DNA from: Heptranchias perlo
Taxonomy: Eukaryota
Reading direction: 5' to 3'
Length of the DNA: 64,000 nucleotides
NCBI RefSeq assembly: GCF_035084215.1
Contig: NC_090332.1
Span: 10,106,001-10,170,000 of the forward strand
Part shown: piece after piece, positions 1 to 10,200 of the stretch
Position numbering within the stretch: the stretch's first letter is position 1
Layout: each line of letters opens with the position of its first letter
Program-made: the position numbers and the translations under genes
Notes under the pieces: model-generated
Seen by the model: only the letters and a program-made list of their open reading frames with translations
Database searches by the model: none
Told to the model about the DNA's origin: nothing

Positions 1-175
1 GGCGCGCCATCGCCGTCAAGCCCGCGTCCCGCGGCAGCTGATTTGGAATCCGAAGACAGGCGCGTTCGCGAGCGTCCTTCCCGACGTCAGCGCGCACTGA
101 AGCTCGCGTGGGAGCCGCCGCCGCCCGCCGCCCGCCGCCGTCACGTGGGGCTACTGCCAGCTGTCAATCACGGTG
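1..175 (-). promoter_or_regulatory. CpG island / probable promoter and start codon of a leftward gene (ATG at 10-8 on - strand)
   Basis: CpG- and GC-rich. The - strand reads gacggcgATGGCGCGCC, a strong Kozak context (G at -3, G at +4). E-box CACGTG at 142-147, CRE-like GACGTCA at 83-89, (CCG)-rich tract at 116-140. The gene cannot be identified from 10 coding bases. Confidence 0.5.
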
Positions 176-1114
176 TTGCTATTGGGTATTAATGACCTCT
201 GATGTGTTTAACAGTCAGATCCATTCACCGTGATTGAAACGGTTACGCTGTGTTAGCGCATCCCGCTTTCAAAAATAAATAAACACACCTCCATTTGTTT
301 AAATGGGCGTTACAATCTGATTTTAAATCTCACTCCGGCAATGTTCACTGCTCTGCAAACTGTTTAACTACACAATTAATAGTAATGTATGGATTGCATT
401 CAAGTAAAACACTTGTAGATTTTACAGTATTCTGCTGGTGTAATGGATAGGAAGATGTGTTGATTTCAAACTATAAGACAATGTGTTTTTAATATCCATG
501 TATTTATTTATGAGATATGCTTGATCACTTTAATTTTGCTGTACCAGCGTCTCTAGGTTGGGATCGAATCTGTATTATTTTTTCTTTCCTCGAATCTGTA
601 TTCTTTATGTATGGCCAAAGAAGATTTCTGCAATGAGCCTGATTCGCCTTTATGTGTTAATACTTTTTTAATTGCAAAGTCACTAAAAGCATTTCCTAAT
701 AACTATTAGGCGGATTGACAGCTTGTTTGAGTAGAGGCAGATTCTGGTAGACCAATCTTTGAACCCACCCTGAGTCACACCTGTACTTGATTGTGTAAAA
801 ATATCTTTCTGATTTCCTTTGTCGCCATCCAATCTTCACAGTACAAATAAAAGATGGTGGACAACTTGAAACAGGTCTCTGAAGGAATAGGGTCCTGATC
901 CTTTAAAGACTACTTGTCAGAGAATTCTGTAACCAGAAGCTGCCAATTCTTAAGATAAATGTGACAGTCTTCTTCTCGTTCTTGAATTCTTTTCAGTCCT
1001 TTCAGATAGGGGCTGAAAACTCAGTGTTGGTTGGCAAAATCTTATTTATAAGTTATGTTATGGACAGTAGTCCAAGATTAGTATTATAAAGAGTTAGCAA
1101 AGTGTGTTTTTTTT

Positions 1115-1593
1115 GTGCCCATATGTACAAAAAATAATCAAAAAGGCTAATGGAATGTTAGCCTTTATAACTAGAGGGCTAGAATATAAAGGGAAGTTTT
1201 ACTACAGCTATGCAAAACCCCAGTTAGACCACATCTGGAGTACTGCGTACAGTTTTGGGCACCGCACCTTAGAAAGGGTGTATTGGCCTTGGAAGGAGTG
1301 CAGCGCAGATTCACCAGAATGTTACTGGAGATAAATTATGAAAAGAGATTATATAAATTAGGTTTGTATTCCCTGGAATATAGAAGGTTAAGGGGTGATT
1401 TGATTGAGGTTTTTAGGATTTTGAAAGGAATTAATAGGGTAGAGTGAAAAGTTTTCTTTTGGTGGGAGTCTAGGACAAGGGGACATAACCTTAAAATCAG
1501 AGCCAGGCCATTCAGGAGAGGTTAGGAAACACACTTCTTCACACAAAGGGTGTTAGAAGCTTGGAACTCTCTCCCACAAAAAGCAGTGATGCT
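1115..1593 (+). mobile_element. CR1 LINE 3' fragment, left part (interrupted by a younger LINE)
   Basis: Translates to KANGMLAFITRGLEYK...; DNA matches the CR1 ORF2 C-terminus seen at 52920-53350 and 23205-23638. Confidence 0.85.
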
Positions 1594-2760
1594 TTTTTTT
1601 ATTCATTCATGAGATGTGAGCGTCGGTGGCAAGGCCAGCATTTATTGCCCATCCCTAATTGCCCTTGAGAAGATGGTGGTGAGCCGCCTTCTTGAACCGC
1701 TGCATTCCATGTGGTGACGGTTCTCCCACAGTGCTGTTAGGTAGGGAGTTGCAGGATTTTGACCCAGCGACGATGAAGGAATAGCAATATATTTCCAAGT
1801 CGGGATGGTGTGTGACTTGGAGGGGAACATGAAGGTGGTGTTGTTCCCATGTGCCTGCTCCCCTTATCCTTCTAGGTGGTAGAGGTCGCGGGTTTGGGAG
1901 GTGCTGTCGAAGAAACCTTGGCGAGTTGCTGCAGTGCATCCTGTAGATGGTACACACTGCAGCCACAGTGCGCCGGTGGTGAAGGGAGTGAATGTTTAGG
2001 GTGGTGGATGGGGTGCCAATCAAGCGGGCTGCTTTGTCCTGGATGTTGTCAAGCTTCTTGAATGCACTCATCCAGGCAAGTGGAGAGTATTCCATCATAC
2101 TCCTGACTTGTGCCTTGTAGATGGTGGAAAGGCTTTGGGGAGTCAGGAAGTGAGTCACTTGCCACAGAATACCCAGCCTCTGACCTGCTCTTGTAGCCAC
2201 AGTATTTATATGGCTGGTCCAGTTAAGTTTCTGGTCAATGGTGACCCCCAGGATGTTGATGGTGGGGGATTCGGCAATAGTAATGCCGTTGAATGTCAAG
2301 AGGAGGTAGTTAGACTCTCTCTTGTTGGAGATGGTCATTGCCTGGCACTTGTCTGGTGCGAATGTTACTTGCCACTTATCAGCCCAAGCCTGGATGTTGT
2401 CCAGGTCTTGCTGCATGCGGGCATGGACTGCTTCATTATCTGAGGGGTTGCGAATAGAACTGAACACTGTGCAATCATCAGCGAACATCCCATTTCTGAC
2501 CTTATGATGGAGGGAAGGTCATTGATGATGCAGCTGAAGATGGTTGGGCCTAGGCACTGCCCTGAGGAACTCCTGCAGCAATGTCCTGGGGCTTAGATGA
2601 TTGGCCTCCAACAACCACTACCATCTTCCTTTGTGTTAGGTATGACTCCAGCCACAGGAGAGATTTCCCCCTGATTCCCATTGACTTCAGTTTTACTCTG
2701 GCTCTGTGGTGCCACACTCAGTCAAATACTGCCTTGATGTCAAGGGCAGTCACTCACCTC
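1594..2760 (-). mobile_element. 5'-truncated non-LTR retrotransposon (CR1/L2 group, '...KAAHHHLLKGN*' family) with poly(A) tail
   Basis: ORF 1655-2488 has the RT motif FADD, WQVTF, LGV and YKAQVRS..EY; the poly(T) at 1593-1599 is the A-tail on the - strand. Confidence 0.9.
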
Positions 2761-2900
2761 TAATTTTGCTAGCCAAGGGTATTAAGGGATATAGAGCCAA
2801 GGCAGGTGGATGGAGTTTGGATACATAGCAGCCAGCCATGATCTTATTGAATGGCACAACAGGCTGGAGGGGCTGAATGGCCTGCTCCTATTCCTATGTC
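2761..2900 (+). mobile_element. CR1 LINE 3' end/UTR, right part of the interrupted element
   Basis: aagggtattaagggatat...cagccatgatcttattgaatgg...tggcctgctcctattcctatg matches the CR1 3' UTR at 23595-23740. Confidence 0.8.
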
Positions 2901-3155
2901 CTTCATATCCTCCAACTCACTTGCGGCGCCTCATTAAATTCACCACAGCATGAATGCAGTTTATTTTTCAAATGAGTCTAATTCCATCACCACATCGACT
3001 GAGACTCAGCAAGTCTGTTAATAACTAATATCCTCAGGCTGGGATGTTGTGCACGCCACTGCCAGAGACAACGCCAGCAGCCAGAACATAAAATAAACAA
3101 CGCACGAAAGACATTTTCAGCAAAGAGCATTATCACACCGGCTCACAAGCCCTTT

Positions 3156-3317
3156 GTACGGCCGTCTCCACATATACACATGCGCACCGAGGACCCTCCG
3201 TACGGCCGTCTCCACATGTACACATGCGCACCGAGGACCCTCCGTACGGCCGTCTCCACATATACACATGCGCACCGAGGACCCTCCGTACGGCCGTCTC
3301 CACATTTACGCATGCGC
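3156..3317. repeat. 44-bp tandem repeat, about 3.7 copies, containing CATGCGC NRF1-like motifs
   Basis: Unit gtacggccgtctccacatatacacatgcgcaccgaggaccctcc at 3156, 3200 and 3244, partial at 3288. Confidence 0.95.
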
Positions 3318-3763
3318 TGACTATTTAAATATTCTCGAATGTTCGTCCGAGAGTGGGCGGAGTTCCGAGGAGGGGCGGTCGCTGGTTTCAGATTTAAAAA
3401 TTGGAGGGATTAGGACGGTCATTAAGTAGACGCTCTTTGCGGGCGGGAGTATCAGAAACGAATTAAAAGCCGGGTTTTTTTTTTTCCCTCTCTTATCTCT
3501 GTGTTCACAATCGCCGAGATTCAAGTTTTATCGATAATAACCAATTCGTGTACCACGCCATCGGGCCTCGTGCGATGCCGGGCCGACGGTTGAGTACGGC
3601 GTAACGCGTAATGTGACGTAATTACGCAAGGTGTGTGCGGAGGGCTCCGTTCCGTTCAATGTCACAATGGCAATGGCGGCGGCGTGTGTGAGGAGGCAGG
3701 TGGCGTGTGAGGCAGTGAACTGAGCTCCGTGTCACGGGCTGGGGGACCTCGCCTTCTGATCAG
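3300..3763 (+). promoter_or_regulatory. TFB2M: TFB2M CpG-island promoter and putative first (5' UTR) exon
   Basis: CpG-rich. GC boxes GGGCGG at about 3355 and 3372, ACGCATGCGC (NRF1-like) at 3308-3317, TGACGTAA at about 3614, YY1-like CAATGGCGGC at 3671, splice donor CAG|GTCAGG at 3763/3764. It is the only CpG island between the left edge island and the acceptor at 6851. Confidence 0.65.
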
Positions 3764-4189
3764 GTCAGGACATACTGGATTCCGCTCTGTTGCATATTTT
3801 ATTTTTGGAATGCGGAATTGTCACCTGTTGGAAGTGATATTTCGTAACAGCAGCAATTAAAATGCGAGCATGTTGTGTTGGTGTTCCAGAGTAACATACG
3901 CATCAAACTAATAATGTTTTTAAGACAGAGGCAAGCTAATCGCTCCCAAATTAGGGATGCTTGGAAATTAATTGATTCTTAATTTTTGCTGTCTTTCCCC
4001 CCCCCCCACCCACCCCCCAAAAGTATTGGGTAACAACGCGGAAATTCCTCATAGCTTGCAGTGTTGTAGATTTCGGTTTATAGTCACTAGTTGTTACCAT
4101 CTCTAAGTAAGAGAAAGCTTACATCTAATTGACTAACATAATGTGCATTCATGCAGCCTGGTTAGTAGCTTATGATCAAAGTATTCCAT

Positions 4190-4545
4190 TTTTTTTTAAA
4201 AATCATTCTTGGGATGTATGCATCACTGGTAAGGCTGGCATTTATTGCCCATCCCTAGTTGCCCTGTGCAACTGAACGGCTTGTTAGGCCACAGAGGGTG
4301 CTTAAGAGTCCAACCAAGTCACATGTAGGCTGGATCAGGTAAGGATGGCAGGCTTTCTTCCCTCAACAATGTTGGTGAATCAGTTGGGTTTTTACAACAA
4401 GCTGATGGCCTCATGGTCACTCTTCCTGATACCAGCTTTTGATTTCCATTTTTTAACTGAGTTCAAATTCTTGAACTGCCATGGTGAGATTTGAACTCAT
4501 GTTAAAATTCTGGATTGTAACACCAGGCCTCTGAATTGCTAATCC
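4190..4545 (-). mobile_element. SINE-like element carrying the KAAHHH-family LINE 3' tail
   Basis: 4190-4265 is the reverse complement of the LINE tail (gggatgggcaataaatgc...); the other end has a B-box-like GAGTTCAAATC on the - strand (about 4488-4498). Confidence 0.55.
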
Positions 4546-4554
4546 ACTTGCTTA

Positions 4555-5059
4555 GATGAGTGCAGTTCCAACAACACTCAAGAAGCTTGACACCATCCAA
4601 GATAAAGCAGCCCGCTTGATTGGCATCCCATCCACCACCCTAAACATTCATTCCCTTCACCACCGGCGCACAGTGGCTGCAGTGTGTACCATCCACAGGA
4701 TGCACTGCAGCAACTCGCCAAGGCTTCTTCGACAGCATTTCCCAAACCCACGACCATGAGGCCATCAGCTTGTTGTAAAAGGACAAGAGCAGCAGGCACA
4801 TGGGAACAACACCACCTGCACGTTCCCCTCCAAATCACACACCATCCTGACCTGGAAATATATCGCCGTTCCTTCATCGTCGCTGGGTCAAAATCCTGGA
4901 ACTCCCTTCCTAACAGCACTGTGGGAGAACCGTCACCACACGGGCTGCAGCGGTTCAAGAAGGCAGCTCACCACCACCTTCTCAAGGGCAATTAGGGATG
5001 AGGCAATAAATGCTGGCCTCGCCAGCGATGCCCACATCCCATGAACGAATAAAAAAAAA
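4555..5059 (+). mobile_element. KAAHHH-family LINE 3' fragment with poly(A)
   Basis: Translates to KLDTIQDKAARLIG...KAAHHHLLKGN*, followed by the tail gaacgaataaaaaaaaa. Confidence 0.9.
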
Positions 5060-6863
5060 TAACTAGTATGGTACTGTACCCTAATTTCTGGTTTGGCTTC
5101 AATCCATTGACCTGGATCACTATTGAAACATCTGTATTTCCATGATTGTTCTCGTTACATTTTTTTTGTAGTTTCTTCTGTCACTTTTGTGTATGGCTGG
5201 CATAATATTTGCTAATGCCATGCTGTTCCATCACATTGATAGTGTTTGTGGCTTCCTAATATTGCATCCTCTAGCACCCTTTGTACTGCACGTTATTTTC
5301 GTTGGGGCATGAGCAGGGAGCAATGTTTTCACTCCCAGAGCTCAGAAGATGTTTAATTCCATCTGACTTTTTTTTGAATGATTGGAAGAAGTTGGTGAGT
5401 TTCTTAGACTACTGTTCACATTTTAAACTTTTACTATCATTTGAACTTTTAAAATTTTTGCTAGTGCTTTGTGCCAGTAGGTAATCTGCATCTTTACTGG
5501 GATGAGGACCATCTTTTCCAGCTTGTCTTGGTAGAGCGAGAGATCAGTTGCCTACTGAGTCTCATGGTTGCTGTATATGATCTGGTGAGACCAAAGCAAG
5601 GAGAGGGAAAGAGGGTTTTTAAAAATGCAGGATAACTGCCTTCACTAATAAGTAACTCTCATTCAGTATTTTATTTCTCAAATTAAAACCAGAAAAAGCA
5701 GGGAATACGTAGTGATTGGATAGTTCTTTCAAAGAGCTGGCACAGCCTGAATGGCGGCCTCCTGTGCTGTATCATTCTATGATTCTGGTTCAGTCTGCAT
5801 CTGTAGGGAGAAATGACAAGTTACAATGTTTTGAGTGTGTACCTTTTCATGAGTTTTTTTCTTCCCATTCACCCACTGCACCCCTCATGAAGCAGGTGAC
5901 CAAGAAGTCTGACATAAATATTTCTAATTACTTTCTCTGATGTTGATTATTGATACATTACTGACTTTTTTTGTCTTCTCTAAAGCTGCGTGACTTGAAA
6001 ACTATTCTATCCAAGCTGACAATTTGTGGATTATATTTGGCTTATTTTTATAATCTATGATGGTACTGACATTTTGGAAACAGAAAACATCCAATCTATA
6101 ATATCTTTAATTGTACTTTGATAGAATATACCCTTATTGTTTTAAGAAAAAAAGTTTTCCCTATTTACAATATTAGCAATAAATTGTCAAATGTAGCTAA
6201 CTGAAAATGTTACTTCAGAAATATATGAGCAATAGTTTTTAAATTAAGATTAAGAATTGCAGGTGAATCGTCTCAGCTTAAATATGAAATCATCATCAAA
6301 CTTTGGTAGAATACTAGAGTTAATGTAAGACATTTGAATTCATGTTAATAAACAATGTTTTCTAAAGTCATCATGAATGTCTGTTATCCTAAATTCACTG
6401 AGCTATTACAGAAGCTAATGGTGAACGACCAAGGCTGTGTCTATGTTGATAGTCAATTTCAGTGAGGGGGCTATAGTTGACCTCCTGAGCTCTAGTGGGG
6501 AAAAATTAGTCAGAATTCCAGATCTATTTGGCTATTCAGCAAAGCCTGCTGGAGCTGCACAGATGTGAACATGGAAAGAAGATTCCGGTGAAGACTGAAC
6601 GGGACTTGGCTCTGTTATCCCCTCCCCCAAAGTTCAAGAGCCTTCAGAAGCTCTGTGTTCAGACTCGTACATGAATACTGGCCATTTCTGTAAAGTACTG
6701 TTTTCAATCTTCAACACCCACAATGATGTGGAATGGAATCCTGACTTTAGCTATATTAGTGGCAGGATTGTAGAGCTCGCATATGGTGCAAATGATTGAT
6801 AGGATTTTGATATCATCCATCTGGAATCTTAATATCTTCCCTTTATTTCAGATCATAACCAAA

Positions 6864-7287
6864 ATGTCATTATTAAGTTACAAGTCTCTACTTTTGACAC
6901 TAAGGACTGTTTCCTGTAGAGCATGTGGTTGTCCACAACAAGTCCAGCATTTAGTACGGTCATATTCACATCACTCTGGGTTTCCAGAAGGTGGCCCCCT
7001 AAAATCTCAGTCTCTGCAGAAGCTCGAGGAATATTCAACCTATTGTGGTAGAACACAGAGAAATTTGTCAGCAGTCGCCAGTTTAATGCTCAGAAAAGAG
7101 CAACAGAGGCCTCTGTCTAGGTTTGACTTTCTGGACATGGAAGACATTGAAGAAATGACAATAAAGGCAGAGAGGAGCAGAAACTTCAGGAGATTTATTG
7201 TCAATCCTGACCTGGCAAATCTAATAGTGGAATGTCTGGATGGTGATCTCTCTGAAAATAATGCTGTCATTTTGGAGTGCAATCCAG
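6864..7287 (+). CDS. TFB2M: TFB2M coding exon 1 (presequence through ILECNP)
   Basis: Acceptor tttcag| at 6851, ATG at 6864, donor CCAG|GTAGGT at 7287/7288. Basic, Ser/Leu-rich N-terminus typical of a mitochondrial presequence. Confidence 0.88.
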
Positions 7288-10200
7288 GTAGGTGTACTCT
7301 TTAAACATGTATGTTTGTACTTTGCTTAAGGATCTCTTCCCCTGTCTTGATCAATTCAGTTTTATTGCATCCTTAGGCCCTGGAGTTTTGACACGTGCAT
7401 TACTGAATAGTGGAGCACAGAGAGTGGTAGCTCTGGAGAGTGACCAGCAGTTTTTCCCTGCGTTACAGGTATATAGTTCATCTTTATTGACTTGATCAAA
7501 GCTAATTCATTTTTAGAAACTGAGCTCATCGCAATTTAGTGAATGGGTTACATGTGGCAGGTGAATGGCACTTGGCTTTAGATGGACCAGTGGATTGGGG
7601 ATGCCATCTCTCCAAACCAATTCCTGATTCCAACCTTTGTGTAGAAAAAGGAATGAAGGGCAAGCAATTACTGAGATAGGAGAAGCTAGAGTCATCCCAA
7701 TTTGCAGCAGGGTTCCAGTGTGGTTCCCTAGGTCAGGAAAATTCTCATTTCCTCCTTGAGTTTATTGATTTTGCTCTGCAATCATGCAAGTTTTGTTGTC
7801 TCTAAGTCACGTCAAGAAAGTTCCTCCCATTTAAACTGAAGCATCCATGGGTACGTGTCTACGCTAGTTGCTTCACATGCGATTGTGGGTCTTTTCACAC
7901 CATTACTGTCATCAGCCATGTTCATGTTGCTTTCTGATAAGGCAGAATTTAGAAGAATTTCAAGCTTGTCTCTATTTTCTCCATGTTTTTACGCAGAAAG
8001 TTGTAATAATGTGGAATGCACTGCCTGAAAGTGTGGTGGAAGCAGATTCAGTAGTAACTTTCAGAAGGGAATTGGATAAATCCTTGAAGGGGAAAAAATT
8101 CCAGCGATATGGGAAAAGAGCAGGGGAATGGAACTAATTTGATAGCTCTTTGAAAGAGCAGGCACGATTGGCTGAATGGCCTTCTGTGCTGCATCTACGA
8201 TGATACTATGAAGGATCTTGTTAAGTGAGAGTACTGTGGATATCATCTACAAGGGTAGAATGGTTTTGTTGGGTGTATCGTCTCCCTACACTCAGATATT
8301 GGAACTGGGGCTATTGTCTAAATCCGGAAAGAAATCCAAACAATCCGACATAGGATGATGCTGTAACTTATCTCGGGACTCGTCCTTTTGTAAGGGAGCG
8401 ATTAGGATGCTGTGTAACAATTCAGGGAGAAAGGATCCAATTTTTTTCATGAGCCACTAATCTTCCTGCACCTATTCCTGGGATATTGGCAGTCTTTGGG
8501 TAAGCTCTGGTAGCACTGCATCAGCCTGTCTTCCATAGCAGGGGCACCAATGTTTTTGGTTCATTTCCGAAGTTCTTCTCAGATATTTGGTCACAGGACT
8601 TGAGCGTATAATCTAGGCTAGCACTTCAGTACAATATTGAGGGACTATTGCATTGTCAGAGGTGCTGTCTTTTTCAAGTGAGAAGATAAAATAAATCTGT
8701 CTGTTCAGATTGGAATAAGATGCCATTGCACTATTTGAAGAAGACCAGAGAGCTCTCCCAGTGTCTTGCACTTCAAATGTAATTTATTGGCTTTGAAATG
8801 TCTGAGGTTGTGAAAGGTGCTTTTAAAAATGCTAGTTTGTTCTTTCTAATGAATAGTTGAACTATCTTGTATAAGGAAATATTCCTGTCCTCCCTGAGGA
8901 GGATCTAATGAATTGGATTCATAGAATAGGAGAACACACACTGAGGATAATTGAGAATGATTGCACGAGGTCCAGTGGTTAAAATTTATTCTTGGGTAAT
9001 GGTTACGATTTCAGTCTGTTGCACCAGGTTTCTCATGGACTACTGCTCACATAACTTGTGGAACATTAGTTGGTAGCTAAAAACTTGGATTTTATTGTCA
9101 CACACTTTCAAATCAAGAATGTTGAAGGCAGTAAGTACCAGAGTGAAGTATTTCAGATTTCCAGTGCTCCCTCTTGGCTTGACTCAGCACCCAGAATGTT
9201 CACAATTTCTGTCAGTAACTTTCTTTGCCTGCAGCATATGCATACCTATAATTTAGATTGGAGAATTTGGCTTTGTACTTCATAGATGCTCTGTTGCTTT
9301 AAATGCTGGAATTTGGATTTACTAACCAGTCCTGTGGCACTTGAGGTTTGGTTGGTTTAAGTTCTGCTTCTGAAAGAATGGAAGGGTTCACTGGGCATTG
9401 TGTTTTGGGACAGGTAATTTTGCCTGTGGTGTGGTATGATAGCATGTTGGTCTGGACTCTCTTTGCTTCCCTCCCCCTGCCCAACTCTCCCATTCTCTTT
9501 GAGACACACTTCAGCATTATATTGGTGTTAACACTCAGGATTTTGTAAGAGTTGCAGGTGGAGGGAGCATTAAACTAATAACAATACTGACCAAAGAAAG
9601 CTTGGTTGGACCCACAGGTGCTAAACATTTATTAATTGACATTTCACCTTCTGGATCTGCAGGTTCCAACCAGTAGTCAGATAAGGCACACCCAAATAAT
9701 ACTTTGGTTTTGAGCAAAATAGGAGTTTCTTCTCTTCAGTTATAAATAAAAATTTGGCATATAGAATGCTGGATTGAAAGATTTGTATTGTCATATTGGG
9801 GGAACGGCCTGAGTGTGAACTGATATATCCCAGCAATCTTTATCTACGATTTCATTCTACTAAATTTAATTTAGCAGCCGTTTTGGCTTACTGTTCCTTT
9901 TGTGGATAAGGATATGATAAGGGAGCTTTCTCTAATGGTTGATGTTCAGGGGAGGTGAGCTACTTTTAGACCCTCGAGATATCAGCATGAGAAATTAATC
10001 TCATTCTCCACAAATCTAGATATCCCCCTTTCAACTCACCAAATTGCATTTAAGTTTATAATGCTAGAAATGATAAATTCCTTTGATTTCTGTACTTAGA
10101 CCTAATGTTTGTGCAGAACAAATCAGAATTAGAGGATATGGAGTTCCCCTCTCCACTGTTTAGGTAACGTCCTCTGACCAATCTGGTGTGTGTAAAGATT

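Noticed and set aside
3156-3317. CRISPR-like array, or ORFs 3117-3305 and 3154-3429
   Set aside because: Head-to-tail 44-bp repeats without spacers; the ORFs simply read through the repeat.
6783-6863. ORF-track start for TFB2M at 6783
   Set aside because: A polypyrimidine tract and AG at 6851 mark the upstream part as intron; 6864 is the first exonic ATG.
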